64,000 nucleotides of DNA from positions 335,486 through 399,485 of the forward strand of contig JBBARV010000001.1 of the NCBI GenBank assembly GCA_040399625.1, given 5' to 3'. Shown in pieces: positions 29,321 to 40,510 of this stretch. Both the position numbers and the translations under genes were made by a program. The notes beneath the pieces are model-generated. The model did not search any database. It was not told where the DNA came from and saw only the letters and a program-made list of their open reading frames with translations. This DNA comes from Candidatus Nanopelagicales bacterium. Lineage in GTDB: Bacteria > Actinomycetota > Actinomycetes > S36-B12. Numbering within the stretch: the stretch's first letter is position 1; each line of letters starts with the position of its first letter.

Positions 29321-30493
29321 ATGCACACTGAATACGGCGCCTTGAGTTATCAAGGAATCCCTCCTGCCAGCGCTGCTTGGCGGGAGGGATTTCCTCAGGG
29401 TGAACGGCTCTTTTATGATTTTGGCCCATTCACAACTGATTCGGGATTTGTCTTTGACCAGATTCGAGTTGCCTACCAAACGTGGGGCACACTAAATGTG
29501 GATGTAGATAACGCCATTTACATTGCGCATGCTCTTACGGGCGATTCGCACGTAACCGGTGACGCAGGCCCAGGACATGCGACCTCAGGCTGGTGGAATT
29601 CCTTGGTGGGTCCTGGAGCCCCAGTAGACACCGATAAGTATTTTGTGGTCTGCGCCAACGTTCTCGGTGGCTGCCAAGGAACAACCGGTCCCTCTAGTGC
29701 GGCTCCTGATTCAAAGCCCTGGGGATCACGATTTCCCGTGATAACTATCGCGGATATGGTGCGCGTTGAATATGAACTCATGGAATTTTTGGGAATATCG
29801 TCTTATGCCTTAATGCTGGGACCGTCCCTTGGAGGCATGCGTGTTTTGGAGTGGATGGTTCGCTATCCGGATCAGGTGCGAGGAGGTCTTGTTCTGGGTT
29901 CGACAGCAGCCGTGAGCGCTGAGGAAATTGGAATCCATGCGACTCAAATCATCGCAATTGAACTGGATCCACATTTCAACAACGGCGACTATTACGAATC
30001 AGCGATCGGGCCGATTGCTGGAATGGGTTTGGCTCGTCGGATCGCCCATCTCAGTTATCGAAGTGAAACCGAACTGGATCAGCGTTTTGGTCGGAATCTG
30101 CAAGGAACGGACCTCCCCATAACGGGGGGATTATTCGCGGTGGAGTCCTATCTTGATCATCATGCGGACAAGCTAGCGCGCCGATTTGACGCCAATACGT
30201 ATTTGGCTCTCACTCGGGCAATGACGCTTTTTGACTTAGGGGAGGGGCGTGGAGGTGTTGTGAAAGCACTCAACACGATTACTGCACCACTAACAGTCGT
30301 AGGAATAGACTCAGATCGTCTTTTCCCACTTCGGTTGCAGCAAGACATTGTCGATTCAGCCCCAGGTGCCGACGGGCTCCACCTTTTGATTTCACCAATC
30401 GGCCACGACGGATTCCTGGTTGAAGAGGATCAGGTGGCACAATTTGTTAGCCACGCACTAAACCGAGTTGAGGAATCAACTACCGCACGTTGA
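29321..30493 (+). CDS. metX: Homoserine O-acetyltransferase
   Basis: Alpha/beta hydrolase with GPSLGGM nucleophile elbow and C-terminal GHDGFL. The ATG directly follows the metY TAA. Confidence 0.92.
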   Translation: MHTEYGALSYQGIPPASAAWREGFPQGERLFYDFGPFTTDSGFVFDQIRVAYQTWGTLNVDVDNAIYIAHALTGDSHVTGDAGPGHATSGWWNSLVGPGAPVDTDKYFVVCANVLGGCQGTTGPSSAAPDSKPWGSRFPVITIADMVRVEYELMEFLGISSYALMLGPSLGGMRVLEWMVRYPDQVRGGLVLGSTAAVSAEEIGIHATQIIAIELDPHFNNGDYYESAIGPIAGMGLARRIAHLSYRSETELDQRFGRNLQGTDLPITGGLFAVESYLDHHADKLARRFDANTYLALTRAMTLFDLGEGRGGVVKALNTITAPLTVVGIDSDRLFPLRLQQDIVDSAPGADGLHLLISPIGHDGFLVEEDQVAQFVSHALNRVEESTTAR

Positions 30494-30559
30494 TGATCAT
30501 TGTTTTCCACAAGATCAATCAGAGACCTTGTCACGGGGTCTAACTAGAACAACAATCAA

Positions 30560-31393
30560 TTGGTGAGACATAACCGTCATTTGGTGCTGATTCTTATCGT
30601 GAGTCTCGGCACCTTTCTTTTTGCTAGCCTTATTTCCTTCGCTCCAGGAGTGTCGGCTAACCCAGAAGTCTTTGCCAACCCTGATCTCGTGCGATATGAA
30701 GGTAGCGGTGGCCTAATTCTTCCGGCATCTGTTGATGACAGCACCCGAAATGAAGTGATCCGGTGTAGAGGGTGTGCTTGGAAGTTGACGGTGGCTTGTG
30801 TGCCGGGTCCGGAAAATTACTGTGATGCCGGAATTCGATCTTGCCCGGGTCTGATTGACCACATGCGGGTGTGGTTTCAGCCGTTAAACGGTGAATGGGT
30901 AGAAGTGGATCGGATTTGTTTAACCAATTACGAGGTAACGACAGTCAGCGATCTTGAAGATAGAGTTTCGGAGAGTTTCGAGCGGTACGTCCCGGAGCAG
31001 GTAGCCCACTGCTGGCCAGAACATGGAGCAGTTACGAATCTGCCCGTTATTTGCCAGTCTGGCCAGCGCCGCGGTGCGCTTAGCTGGACAATTTATATTT
31101 CAGGGTTCACAGTCTCAATCGTTACGGAGCCCTTTTGGACATGGGATTTTCACGGTTCATTCCGCAACTCAGGCAATGCCGGTGGTCCCTTTCCGAATCG
31201 GGATATTTCACACGTTTTTTCAACTGCCGGAGTTAAAAGTATCAATGTCGTGACCAGGTGGAACGGGTATTTCAGGGTTGACTCCCTTGAATCCGTGGCT
31301 ATTGGTCGTGAACTCACCCAGAGGAGTTCTATGGTGGTCATGATTGGCCAAGCCAAAGCCCGTTTACGTTGCCCCGGCGTTGGGGTTTGTTGA
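30560..31393 (+). CDS. Hypothetical secreted Cys-rich protein
   Basis: N-terminal signal/anchor ([26 protein letters not shown]) and 10 Cys in the mature part. No family recognised. Confidence 0.5.
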   Translation: MVRHNRHLVLILIVSLGTFLFASLISFAPGVSANPEVFANPDLVRYEGSGGLILPASVDDSTRNEVIRCRGCAWKLTVACVPGPENYCDAGIRSCPGLIDHMRVWFQPLNGEWVEVDRICLTNYEVTTVSDLEDRVSESFERYVPEQVAHCWPEHGAVTNLPVICQSGQRRGALSWTIYISGFTVSIVTEPFWTWDFHGSFRNSGNAGGPFPNRDISHVFSTAGVKSINVVTRWNGYFRVDSLESVAIGRELTQRSSMVVMIGQAKARLRCPGVGVC

Positions 31394-31484
31394 ACGGCAT
31401 GTCAAGATAGAGCGCCCGAACAAGCCGACAGGCTTGACTCGGGCACTTGTTATGGGTCATCGGCGAAAGGGCACCCACTCTCAC

Positions 31485-32897
31485 ATGGCAGCTGCAGCGA
31501 AAAAGACGACCACTACCAAAAAATCGGCGACAAAACCGATAGCCGCAAAGAAAAAAGCAACCGTGAAGCCCCCGGTTGCCAAAAAGGTTGCCCCCATAAA
31601 AAAGGTCGCGCCGGCCAAAAAAGCTGTGTCGGTTAACAAGGTATTGCCGGTAAAGAAGGCTGCGGCCGCTAAGAAGGCTGCACCACCTAAAAAAGTGGCA
31701 TCGACCAAAAGTGTCGTAAAAGACACAAAGCCCGTGAGCGAAGTAGACAACGATGCATTTGTAGATGTCATCGATATTGGCGACGAAGTTATTGAGATCG
31801 ACCTCTCCGATGAACCGGATTTGAAAGTTGCGGCTGAGTTGGAGAAAGATCTCGAGATTGATCTAGAGAAAGACCTCGCCGATGCGGAAAAGGATGAACC
31901 GGCGGCAGCTTCTGAGGAATCCGCCACTTTCACCATTTCACACGTTGATGAGACAGATGAACCGGTACAGACTGTCACGGTTGCTGGGGCGACAGCGGAC
32001 CCGGTCAAGGACTACTTAAAGCAAATTGGCAAGGTCCCGCTGCTCAATGCAGAGATGGAAGTCGAACTGGCCAAGAGAATTGAAGCAGGGCTTTTTGCTG
32101 AAGAAATGCTCAATGAGGGCGCCAAGATGGATAAGAAGAAGCGCCTTGACATGGAGTGGATTGCAACTGATGGTCGAAGGGCAAAGAACCACCTGCTTGA
32201 GGCAAACCTTCGGCTCGTCGTTTCACTTGCTAAGCGTTACACGGGTCGGGGGATGCTCTTCCTCGATTTGATCCAGGAAGGAAACCTGGGCCTGATCCGG
32301 GCGGTTGAAAAGTTCGATTACACCAAGGGCTACAAATTCTCAACGTATGCGACCTGGTGGATTCGCCAGGCAATCACGAGGGCGATGGCCGATCAAGCAC
32401 GAACCATTCGAATCCCCGTCCACATGGTTGAAGTCATTAACAAACTGGCCCGGGTTCAACGTCAAATGTTGCAGGATCTCGGCCGCGAACCGACCCCTGA
32501 AGAATTGGCGATGGAATTGGATATGACACCTGAAAAGGTTGTCGAGGTCCAAAAGTACGGCCGTGAACCCATTTCGCTGCACACGCCGCTGGGTGAGGAA
32601 GGCGATAGCGAATTCGGCGATCTGATCGAAGATTCAGAGGCCATAGTCCCCAGTGATGCAGTGTCTTTCACTCTTTTGCAGGAGCAACTTGAGTCGGTGC
32701 TGGATACGTTAAGTGATCGGGAGGCTGGCGTGGTTCGTATGCGATTTGGTCTCACTGATGGACAACCCAAAACCCTCGATGAAATTGGTAAAGTGTACGG
32801 AGTTACTCGGGAGCGGATCAGACAGATTGAAAGTAAGACGATGTCGAAACTGCGACACCCAAGCCGTTCGCAGGTGCTGCGGGACTACCTGGATTAA
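31485..32897 (+). CDS. sigA: Principal RNA polymerase sigma factor (group 1, HrdB/SigA)
   Basis: Lys/Ala-rich then acidic N-terminus. Regions 1.2-4.2 include [46 protein letters not shown] and [16 protein letters not shown] 31485 preferred over the ORF-track 31344. Confidence 0.93.
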   Translation: MAAAAKKTTTTKKSATKPIAAKKKATVKPPVAKKVAPIKKVAPAKKAVSVNKVLPVKKAAAAKKAAPPKKVASTKSVVKDTKPVSEVDNDAFVDVIDIGDEVIEIDLSDEPDLKVAAELEKDLEIDLEKDLADAEKDEPAAASEESATFTISHVDETDEPVQTVTVAGATADPVKDYLKQIGKVPLLNAEMEVELAKRIEAGLFAEEMLNEGAKMDKKKRLDMEWIATDGRRAKNHLLEANLRLVVSLAKRYTGRGMLFLDLIQEGNLGLIRAVEKFDYTKGYKFSTYATWWIRQAITRAMADQARTIRIPVHMVEVINKLARVQRQMLQDLGREPTPEELAMELDMTPEKVVEVQKYGREPISLHTPLGEEGDSEFGDLIEDSEAIVPSDAVSFTLLQEQLESVLDTLSDREAGVVRMRFGLTDGQPKTLDEIGKVYGVTRERIRQIESKTMSKLRHPSRSQVLRDYLD

Positions 32898-32920
32898 AAC
32901 GGTCAGCTAGCGCAGGCTGT

Positions 32921-33136
32921 TTACGGGGCTTCGTTGAGCCGGTGGAGTTCATCAACAATATTGACCACCTTGGGCCGCAAAGCCGCTTGGTGAGTTCCCC
33001 AATGGTGACCGCAAAATAACAGCTGGGACCCGCCAGGAAGCTCGGCGAGGACGTACGCCTGTGCTCCACAACGATCACATCGGTCGGTGGTGGCAAGGGT
33101 TGCTGGGGCCAGGGTCTGGGTGCTGGTTGCTGACAT
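32921..33136 (-). CDS. Small conserved actinobacterial Cys/His protein (putative zinc ribbon)
   Basis: 71 aa with CDRCGAQA...FCGHH, a pattern recurring next to sigA and topoisomerase genes in actinobacteria. Confidence 0.55.
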   Translation of the reverse strand: MSATSTQTLAPATLATTDRCDRCGAQAYVLAELPGGSQLLFCGHHWGTHQAALRPKVVNIVDELHRLNEAP

Positions 33137-33273
33137 GACCTAAGTTAAACACGAAAACAGTGTTGATGGCGAAGAGGCGCTCCAAGGTTCGCCAATAGCG
33201 AAGTCGGCTTTGGGGTGTCTATTGGTGTGAGTCATTCCCATGGTCTGAGTCCGCCTCACACTAGGTTAGGGCA

Positions 33274-35361
33274 GTGGTCAAGCCCAAATCTCCAGTAAGT
33301 TCGGCGCAGGACTACACCGCGAAGAATATCGCTGTCCTTGAGGGACTAGAAGCGGTACGCAAACGCCCAGGTATGTACATCGGATCGAATGATTCCCGGG
33401 GGCTGATGCACTGCCTTTGGGAAATTGTTGACAATGGTGTCGATGAAGCGCTGGCCGGTTTCTGCACCGAAATTTTGGTGACCCTGTTCCCTGATGGTTC
33501 AGCCGAGGTCCACGATAACGGACGTGGGATTCCCATTGACATCGAGAAGCGAACGAAGCTCACGGGTGTTGAAGTAGTCATGACCAAGCTCCATGCGGGT
33601 GGGAAATTTGGTGGGGGATCTTATGCCGCTTCGGGTGGTCTCCATGGTGTGGGCGCATCAGTGGTTAATGCTTTGTCTTCCAGGCTTGATGTCTCGGTTA
33701 TTCGCGGGGGCAAAATTCACTCCATGTCATTTCGTCGTGGCGTTCCGGGAGACTTTGCCGAAGATGGCCCGCACGGCACTTTCTCCAAAAAAAGTGGGCT
33801 CAACATCACGGGCAAGGCGCCGAGAACACAAAGTGGCACGACCGTGCGCTGGTGGTCAGACCATGAAGTTTTCACCAAAGATGCTCATTACGACCGATCA
33901 GCCTTGCGCGATCGAGCGCTTCAGAGTTCCTTTTTGGTGCCGGGACTCACCCTTCGGCTCTCGGATTTGCGGGACCCTGATGATCTTTGGCAGGAGAGTT
34001 TTCAGCACAAAGGTGGAATTGCCGAATATGCCAGCTATCTCAGTACAGGTGAAGAAATCGGCGGGGTGATTCAACTCACCGGTTCGGGGCACTTTGCCGA
34101 AACCGTTCCCGTCCTTGATGACCAAGGACATATGACAAGTCAAGAAGTGCAGCGCGATCTGGGCGTTGATATTGGTTTGATTTGGAATACAGGTTATGAG
34201 TCAACACTTCGCTCATTTGTCAACGTGATCGCGACTCCAAAGGGGGGAACACACGTGATTGGCCTCGAGCGTTCCCTAACAAAGGTTTTTAACGAGTATT
34301 TAAAAGACTCTAAAATACTTAAAGTGAGTGAGGACGGGGTCACCAAAGAAGACGTTAGTGAAGGACTCACCGCTGTTGTCGCGGTGCGACTTGCTGAGCC
34401 GCAATTTGAAGGTCAAACAAAGGAAGTTCTTGGGACTCCTGCAGCAACACGAATCGTGTCGGCCGTGGTCGCCAAAGAAATGACTAAATGGCTCAAGACT
34501 CCTCCACGAGGAGACAAGGCAACCGCCAGATTAATCGCCGAAAAGGTGGCCAATGCGATGCGGGCACGCGTGGCTGCACGCAGCCACCGAGATACTCAAC
34601 GCCGAAAGACTGCCCTAGAATCTTCCTCGATGCCGGCCAAGCTAGTTGATTGCAGAAGCACCGATGTTGCCGAATCTGAACTCTTTATCGTTGAAGGTGA
34701 CAGCGCACTCGGTACAGCCAAATCGGCGCGGGACTCAAAATACCAAGCATTGCTGCCGATCCGTGGAAAAATCCTCAATGTTCAGAAATCGTCTTTGTCT
34801 GACATGTTGAAAAATACTGAATGCGCGTCGATTATTCAGGTAATCGGTGCTGGTTCGGGTCGCTCATTTGATCTGGGCCAAGCACGTTATGGAAAAATTA
34901 TCTTAATGTCTGACGCTGATGTGGACGGAGCACATATTCGGTGCCTGCTACTCACTCTGATCAATCGCTATATGAGACCCCTTCTGGAAGACGGTCGGGT
35001 TTTTGCGGCAGTTCCGCCATTGCACCGCATTGAAGTAGTGAATGCGGGAAGCAAACCCAATGACGTTATGTATACATACTCCGACCAGGAGATGAAGACG
35101 GCATTAGCGCAAGCCGATAAACAGGGTAAGCGAGTTAAAGATCCCGTGCAGCGTTACAAAGGACTCGGTGAAATGGACTCCCACCAACTGCGCGAAACCA
35201 CGATGGACCCGACCCATCGGACCCTGCGAAGAATGACTCTCTCCGATGCAGATAATGCCCTTGACGTTTTTGATCTTTTGATGGGAAGCGATGTAGCCCC
35301 CCGAAAGGAATTCATTGTTTCTGGCGCGCAGAACCTTGATCGAGAAAGGATTGATGCATAG
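33274..35361 (+). CDS. parE: Type IIA topoisomerase subunit B (topoisomerase IV ParE-like)
   Basis: GHKL ATPase (LWEIVDNGVDEA, GLHGVGASVVNA), Toprim (ELFIVEGDSALG, LMSDADVDGAHI). Paired with a ParC-like gene at 38016. Topo IV versus a second gyrase cannot be settled by eye. Confidence 0.82.
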   Translation: MVKPKSPVSSAQDYTAKNIAVLEGLEAVRKRPGMYIGSNDSRGLMHCLWEIVDNGVDEALAGFCTEILVTLFPDGSAEVHDNGRGIPIDIEKRTKLTGVEVVMTKLHAGGKFGGGSYAASGGLHGVGASVVNALSSRLDVSVIRGGKIHSMSFRRGVPGDFAEDGPHGTFSKKSGLNITGKAPRTQSGTTVRWWSDHEVFTKDAHYDRSALRDRALQSSFLVPGLTLRLSDLRDPDDLWQESFQHKGGIAEYASYLSTGEEIGGVIQLTGSGHFAETVPVLDDQGHMTSQEVQRDLGVDIGLIWNTGYESTLRSFVNVIATPKGGTHVIGLERSLTKVFNEYLKDSKILKVSEDGVTKEDVSEGLTAVVAVRLAEPQFEGQTKEVLGTPAATRIVSAVVAKEMTKWLKTPPRGDKATARLIAEKVANAMRARVAARSHRDTQRRKTALESSSMPAKLVDCRSTDVAESELFIVEGDSALGTAKSARDSKYQALLPIRGKILNVQKSSLSDMLKNTECASIIQVIGAGSGRSFDLGQARYGKIILMSDADVDGAHIRCLLLTLINRYMRPLLEDGRVFAAVPPLHRIEVVNAGSKPNDVMYTYSDQEMKTALAQADKQGKRVKDPVQRYKGLGEMDSHQLRETTMDPTHRTLRRMTLSDADNALDVFDLLMGSDVAPRKEFIVSGAQNLDRERIDA

Positions 35362-35879
35362 TGCATGAGTCGATTGATTTTCAGGCTAATTTTGCCGACA
35401 TATTGGCGGCCAATGAGGAGTATGCACTCCACTTCAGTGACACTGAATTGACCGGCGTTGCCCGAAAAGGTCTGGCCGTGGTGACGTGCATGGACTCTCG
35501 GATTGATCCACTTGCGCTGCTCGGCATGGCGCCGGGGGACGTGAAGATTTTGCGTAATGCGGGTGCACGTGTGACCGAGGATGTATTACGAACCCTCGTC
35601 TTAGCGAATCACCTTCTCGGTGTTAATCGCGTTCTTGTCATGCCTCACACCGAGTGCCGGATGGCGTCGGCGTCGGAGGAGCAGGTGCACGAGGCAATTT
35701 TCGCAGCTTCGGGCATTGACTCGCGTGGGATTGAAATTAGAACAGTGACTAATCAATTAGGCGCATTAAAGCTTGACGTGACTCGGGTGCGCGCCTACCC
35801 ATTGCTTTCGAAGGAGATTGTTGTTGGTGGCGCTATATTTGACGTCCGCTCCGGTCGATTGATTCCGCAGGATGTTTAG
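35361..35879 (+). CDS. Beta-class carbonic anhydrase
   Basis: CMDSR and HTECRM zinc-ligand motifs. The GTG overlaps the parE TAG by 1 nt. Confidence 0.82.
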   Translation: MHESIDFQANFADILAANEEYALHFSDTELTGVARKGLAVVTCMDSRIDPLALLGMAPGDVKILRNAGARVTEDVLRTLVLANHLLGVNRVLVMPHTECRMASASEEQVHEAIFAASGIDSRGIEIRTVTNQLGALKLDVTRVRAYPLLSKEIVVGGAIFDVRSGRLIPQDV

Positions 35880-35903
35880 TTCACGATCTGAAATGAGGAT
35901 CTC

Positions 35904-37202
35904 ATGAGAGTCGCGGTTGTCGGTGCTGGGCCATCGGGTATTTACGCTGCTGAGCACCTATCAACCGAACATCAGGTGCAAGTCGATGTCTACGATTATT
36001 TGCCGGTGCCTTTCGGTCTGGTGCGATATGGGGTTGCCCCTGATCATTATTCGATCAGGTCCGTCCGGGACAAGTTGGCGCAAACATTTGACAACCCACT
36101 TGTTCGTTTTCGCGGAAACGTCAAGATCGGCCGCGATATATCTGCGGAGGAACTACATGAGCATTATGACGCCGTTGTTTATACCTATGGGGCTTCACTT
36201 GACCGAGAATTAGGTATTCCGGGCGAGCATCATTCGATGAGCATTGCGGCTACCGCATTTGTTCGTTGGTATACCGGGCACCCGGACGCGATTGATTTTG
36301 GTGAATATTTGCCGCATGTAACTAATGTCGCGGTGATTGGATTAGGAAATGTTGCTGTCGACGTTACTCGTATCTTGATAAAACCGGTATCAGAATTAGA
36401 AGCCACCGATATTCCTCAACACGTCCTCGACGCACTCGCTCGTAGCACTGTCAGCCGGGTTCACGTTGTGGGTCGACGAGGTCCCGAACATGCCACTTTC
36501 ACAACAAAGGAATTGAAGGAGCTAGGAGAGATTGCTGGCGTTGAGGTGATCATCGACCCCGAGGACTTACCCAGCGATTTTGTCCAAGCTAGTTCGGCCA
36601 ACAAGGTGGTTGCCCGTAATCTTGAGGTGATGTCCGAATGGACGAGGCGCGAACAGACTTGCAATAAAAGTATTGAGTTTCACTTTTACTGCGCGCCCGT
36701 GAGCATGGATTTTGAACGTGGCATCTTGTTTGTCAACAAGATGAAGTTCGATGACCACGGCCACCTTGTTGCATCAGGGGAAGTCAAGGAAATCGAAGCC
36801 CAAATGGTTATTCGCAGTATCGGGTACCGCGGGGAAGGCCTGCCTGGTGTGCCATTTGATCAGGTGGCGAACGTGATTCCCAGCGTGGACAGCGCGGTTG
36901 TTGGTTTGGCGAATTCCTATGTGGCGGGATGGATTAAACGTGGACCCACGGGGATTATCGGCACAAATAAAAAGGATGCCGTATCGTGTGTAAACCAACT
37001 TGTATCTAATAGTGGTGAATCGACAGCGAGCGGAACCAAAAACATCGACCAGCTATTGGCTGATCGAAAAGTTGAGGTGACTGATTTTGCCGGCTGGAAG
37101 CGAATCGATGCGCGTGAAAAGGAACTTGGACAATCTCGTGGAAGGGAACGTACGACTATTCATGACCGCGAGGAATTGATTCGGATCGGAAGAGGGCTTT
37201 AG
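35904..37202 (+). CDS. fprA: NADPH-ferredoxin reductase (FprA / adrenodoxin-reductase type)
   Basis: VAVVGAGPSGIYAA FAD motif, PFGLVRYGVAPDH, and a second Rossmann motif VAVIGLGNVAVD. Confidence 0.82.
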   Translation: MRVAVVGAGPSGIYAAEHLSTEHQVQVDVYDYLPVPFGLVRYGVAPDHYSIRSVRDKLAQTFDNPLVRFRGNVKIGRDISAEELHEHYDAVVYTYGASLDRELGIPGEHHSMSIAATAFVRWYTGHPDAIDFGEYLPHVTNVAVIGLGNVAVDVTRILIKPVSELEATDIPQHVLDALARSTVSRVHVVGRRGPEHATFTTKELKELGEIAGVEVIIDPEDLPSDFVQASSANKVVARNLEVMSEWTRREQTCNKSIEFHFYCAPVSMDFERGILFVNKMKFDDHGHLVASGEVKEIEAQMVIRSIGYRGEGLPGVPFDQVANVIPSVDSAVVGLANSYVAGWIKRGPTGIIGTNKKDAVSCVNQLVSNSGESTASGTKNIDQLLADRKVEVTDFAGWKRIDAREKELGQSRGRERTTIHDREELIRIGRGL

Positions 37203-37214
37203 GTCAACAGCGGA

Positions 37215-38012
37215 TTAGACACTCTCATGAATTTGATACCAAGTATCGGATTTGGGTTCACCGCCACAAGATGCCACCGTTGACATTGGTGTAGCGGTGA
37301 CTATGAAGGATTGTTCGATGTTGTTAACCAAGGTGGTTATGCGAAAATCACTATCGTGTTGCTCAGAGGAAAGAAATATAACTTCCTGCGGCCACATGAA
37401 GGCGTGCACCACCTGTTGGGCCGGAGATAATCTCGTGTCACCGCGGATAAATTGTGCAGCTATTCCACCATGCTCGAGTAGGCCTGCCACGGCTTGTGGT
37501 TCAAGGCGACCGAGAACTAGATTTTGGGGCAGCCAAATTGCTGTTGGAGCGAATCGGTGTCCACCGAGATGACTGCATTCGAGGATCTGCCCAAACAAGC
37601 TAGGAGAGAGTTCTTTTCGGCTTTGGCTGATTAGATTTATCCCGAATGTTGCGCAACATTGGTCGCGTTTGCCGTTGGTGCAGATCAGGAGTACCGGCCG
37701 GCAAGGGTGTGTCATTGATAAATCGGGGAGACCTTGTGAAGTAAAGATTCCTTGGACCAGGTTCCCTTCGCCATCTGAATACAAAAATGTGGACTCGGGA
37801 AATGGATCAGTACCTTTGGGTGTGCGGGCGAGCAAGATTTGGGCGCCATGTTCATTGGCCCAATTGTGAAGATCCTGCGCAATCAAGGTGTCCAGCGGCC
37901 GTGCACCCCATGCACCCTGGTGCAGGACTATCAGCCAAGTCAGGGATGTCGGTGCGGAACCTGCTAAGGGCGCTTGCGCATTGAGCACGCTGCAGGGTGT
38001 GTAGCCAACCAC
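37215..38012 (-). CDS. Sucrase/ferredoxin-like (thioredoxin-like 2Fe-2S) family protein
   Basis: ICTNGKRDQCCATFG and HLGGHRFAP motifs typical of this family. Confidence 0.62.
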   Translation of the reverse strand: MVGYTPCSVLNAQAPLAGSAPTSLTWLIVLHQGAWGARPLDTLIAQDLHNWANEHGAQILLARTPKGTDPFPESTFLYSDGEGNLVQGIFTSQGLPDLSMTHPCRPVLLICTNGKRDQCCATFGINLISQSRKELSPSLFGQILECSHLGGHRFAPTAIWLPQNLVLGRLEPQAVAGLLEHGGIAAQFIRGDTRLSPAQQVVHAFMWPQEVIFLSSEQHDSDFRITTLVNNIEQSFIVTATPMSTVASCGGEPKSDTWYQIHESV

Positions 38013-38015
38013 AGG

Positions 38016-40478
38016 TCAGGATTCCAAGAAAATATTGATGGGGCCACCGATTGCATCAATGGGGTGGACGAGGGGTACGCCCGTGCCATCACGTTTACCG
38101 TCTGGGCTGGGGAGGTTCGCAGCTTTTCCACTCGAGGTCGCCGCTCTCGCAGGTGTGGGGCCACACCATGCTCGCAGTAGCGAGTCTTCCCCGGACCGAA
38201 ATTTATGCGCCCGAACTCCCGAGGTTGCCCGACCCTTGCCAGGGTATTGGGTGAACTCTGATACCTTGCCGTGGCCCAATTCGGTTCCTGGGAGTGCTTG
38301 ACTTGTGCCAGAGACACTCACGACCACGTTGTTATTTTTTGGGTTAACGACTCCAAAAAAGATTACGTGGGAATCTACGACTTTTATTCCTGCGACACCA
38401 CCCGCTCCGCGGCCTTGGGAACGCACGGAATTGGCAGGGAAATGAAGTAACTGTCCGGCAGCGCTGATGAACACAAGCTGGCACTGTTGAGCGTTGTGGT
38501 CATCAAGGGCTACTGCTCCGATGACACTGTCGCCTTCATCCAAACCGATCACATCCCATGAGGGGCGATTGATCGCATTGGTTGATGTAAGACGCTTGAC
38601 CAACCCATTACGTGTACCCAGAACAAATGGTGAATCCAGATTCAAGACGGCAACGGGTGACTCACTTTTCTCTAAGGTCAGGAACGCACCTATTGGTGCA
38701 CCGCCGCTGAGTCCTGGGACGCCTGTTGTCGGTGGAATTGCCGGGATATCAACTACTGAAATTCGATGAACATTTCCCAGAGAGCTAAGTACACCTAATT
38801 CGCCACGTGAGGTGCCGCGAGCAGCAGAAATGACAACATCATGGCTTGTGCGGGAATTGGCGTCCCCTTCAATTGAAGTCCCGATACTGATGGAGGCTGT
38901 CCGTGCGATCAGGCCCGTGCTCGATAAAAGGACAATGCAATCTTCATCAGCAATTTCCATTGAACTGCTCGCAGCGAGCTGAGGGGCGCCGGTTGCTTCA
39001 AGGAGCAATGTTCTTCTAGGGCTGGAATGTATTGAACTGACCTGGGTCAATTCAGTTGAAACGAGTGTACGGAGGCGCTCCTCGCTGGCAAGTAGTGCGT
39101 TGAGTTCTTCAATAGTAGAACGCAGCTGATCAGCTTCTTTGTCCAACTCGATCCGTGAGAACTTGGTGAGTCTTCGCAGAGGCATCTCGAGGATGTAATT
39201 TGTCTGGATCTCGGATAGATCAAAAATTTCCATCAGTCGAATTCGCGCGGCGGCGGTGTCATCACTGTTGCGGATGACTTGAATGACTTCGTCGATATCA
39301 AGTATTGCAATGAGTAAACCGTCAACGAGATGAAGCCTGCTGGTTGCAACTTCAGTGCGAAACCGACTGCGCCTCGTGACTACAGCGATCCGATGGTCAA
39401 TAAAGACCTCAATCATTTGCTTAAGACCCATGGTTACCGGTTGTCCTTCAACGAGGGCAACCGCATTGATATTGAAGGAGTCTTCCATTGGAGTGAGTTT
39501 GTACAGCTGCTCAAGGACTGCTTCAGGAGAGAATGCACTTTTACATTCAATGACAAGCTGCAACCCTGAGTCACCATCGGTGAGGTCCACAATGTCGGAG
39601 ATTCCTTGAAGCTTTTTACTGACAACCAAGTCCTTGACCCGCTCGATAACCCGTTCGGGTCCAATGTTTGCGGGGAGCTCAGTAACGACAATTCCACGTT
39701 TTCTGGGTGTGATTTGTTCAATTTTTGCTCGGGCTCGGATCTTAAATGTTCCTCTTCCACTTTCGTAGGCATCTCTGATCCCGTCAAGACCAATGATCAC
39801 GCCGCCGGTGGCAAAATCAGGACCGGGAATAAATGTCATAAGTTCGTCAAGAGTCGCCTGCGGGTGATCCAAAAGAAACTTGGTTGCATTTATCACTTCA
39901 GCGAGGTTGTGTGGAGCTAAGTTGGTTGCCATTCCCACGGCGATACCGCTTGCACCGTTGACCAAAAGGTTTGGGATCGCGGCCGGTAGTACAAGTGGCT
40001 CGACTTCGCGGCCGTCATAATTTGGGGAGAAATCCACAACGTCTTCATCAATTCCTGCGGTCATGTCTATGGCGCTTTGAGCTAGCCGTGTCTCCGTGTA
40101 GCGCATTGCGGCAGGGCCGTCATCAAGTGAACCGAAGTTTCCGTGACCGTCAATGAGCGGAAGTCGAAGTGAGAAGGACTGAGCCATGCGAACCAGGGCG
40201 TCATAGATTGCGGAATCCCCATGGGGGTGCAGGCGACCCATGACCTCACCGACAACTCGTGCACTTTTGACGTGACCACGGTCGGGGCGAAGTCCCATCT
40301 GATTCATCTGGAAGAGAATTCGACGTTGAACTGGCTTAAGCCCATCACGTGCATCGGGTAGGGCGCGCGAATAAATAACCGAATAGGCGTATTCCAAGAA
40401 CGAGTCCCGCATTTCGTCGGCGACGTCGGTGTCAATAATTCGTGAGACACCGGATCCAGCGTTCTTTTTTACGGCCAT
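38016..40478 (-). CDS. parC: Type IIA topoisomerase subunit A (topoisomerase IV ParC-like)
   Basis: [28 protein letters not shown], catalytic AMRYTE, and a C-terminal beta-pinwheel region. Confidence 0.85.
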   Translation of the reverse strand: MAVKKNAGSGVSRIIDTDVADEMRDSFLEYAYSVIYSRALPDARDGLKPVQRRILFQMNQMGLRPDRGHVKSARVVGEVMGRLHPHGDSAIYDALVRMAQSFSLRLPLIDGHGNFGSLDDGPAAMRYTETRLAQSAIDMTAGIDEDVVDFSPNYDGREVEPLVLPAAIPNLLVNGASGIAVGMATNLAPHNLAEVINATKFLLDHPQATLDELMTFIPGPDFATGGVIIGLDGIRDAYESGRGTFKIRARAKIEQITPRKRGIVVTELPANIGPERVIERVKDLVVSKKLQGISDIVDLTDGDSGLQLVIECKSAFSPEAVLEQLYKLTPMEDSFNINAVALVEGQPVTMGLKQMIEVFIDHRIAVVTRRSRFRTEVATSRLHLVDGLLIAILDIDEVIQVIRNSDDTAAARIRLMEIFDLSEIQTNYILEMPLRRLTKFSRIELDKEADQLRSTIEELNALLASEERLRTLVSTELTQVSSIHSSPRRTLLLEATGAPQLAASSSMEIADEDCIVLLSSTGLIARTASISIGTSIEGDANSRTSHDVVISAARGTSRGELGVLSSLGNVHRISVVDIPAIPPTTGVPGLSGGAPIGAFLTLEKSESPVAVLNLDSPFVLGTRNGLVKRLTSTNAINRPSWDVIGLDEGDSVIGAVALDDHNAQQCQLVFISAAGQLLHFPANSVRSQGRGAGGVAGIKVVDSHVIFFGVVNPKNNNVVVSVSGTSQALPGTELGHGKVSEFTQYPGKGRATSGVRAHKFRSGEDSLLRAWCGPTPARAATSSGKAANLPSPDGKRDGTGVPLVHPIDAIGGPINIFLES

Positions 40479-40510
40479 GGGTCGGGCATTTTCCTCTCGA
40501 TGGATTGCAC

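Noticed and set aside
31481-32008. 175-aa minus-strand ORF, and repetitive DNA at 31490-31740 that looked like a tandem repeat array
   Set aside because: The repeats encode the Lys/Ala/Pro-rich basic N-terminal tail of SigA (KKxAP-type repeats), which is normal for actinobacterial principal sigma factors. The antisense ORF is its mirror image. This is not a CRISPR array or a mobile repeat.
33166-33198. Ten-codon basic mini-ORF (MAKRRSKVRQ) upstream of parE
   Set aside because: It has no ribosome-binding site, no amino-acid theme related to the downstream gene, and no associated structure, so chance is the likely explanation.
35361-38012. Carbonic anhydrase, fprA and a sucrase/ferredoxin-like gene lying between the parE-like and parC-like genes, considered as an inserted island
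   Set aside because: These are ordinary housekeeping-type genes with tight spacing (a 1-nt overlap with parE). There are no mobility genes, flanking repeats or obvious composition change.
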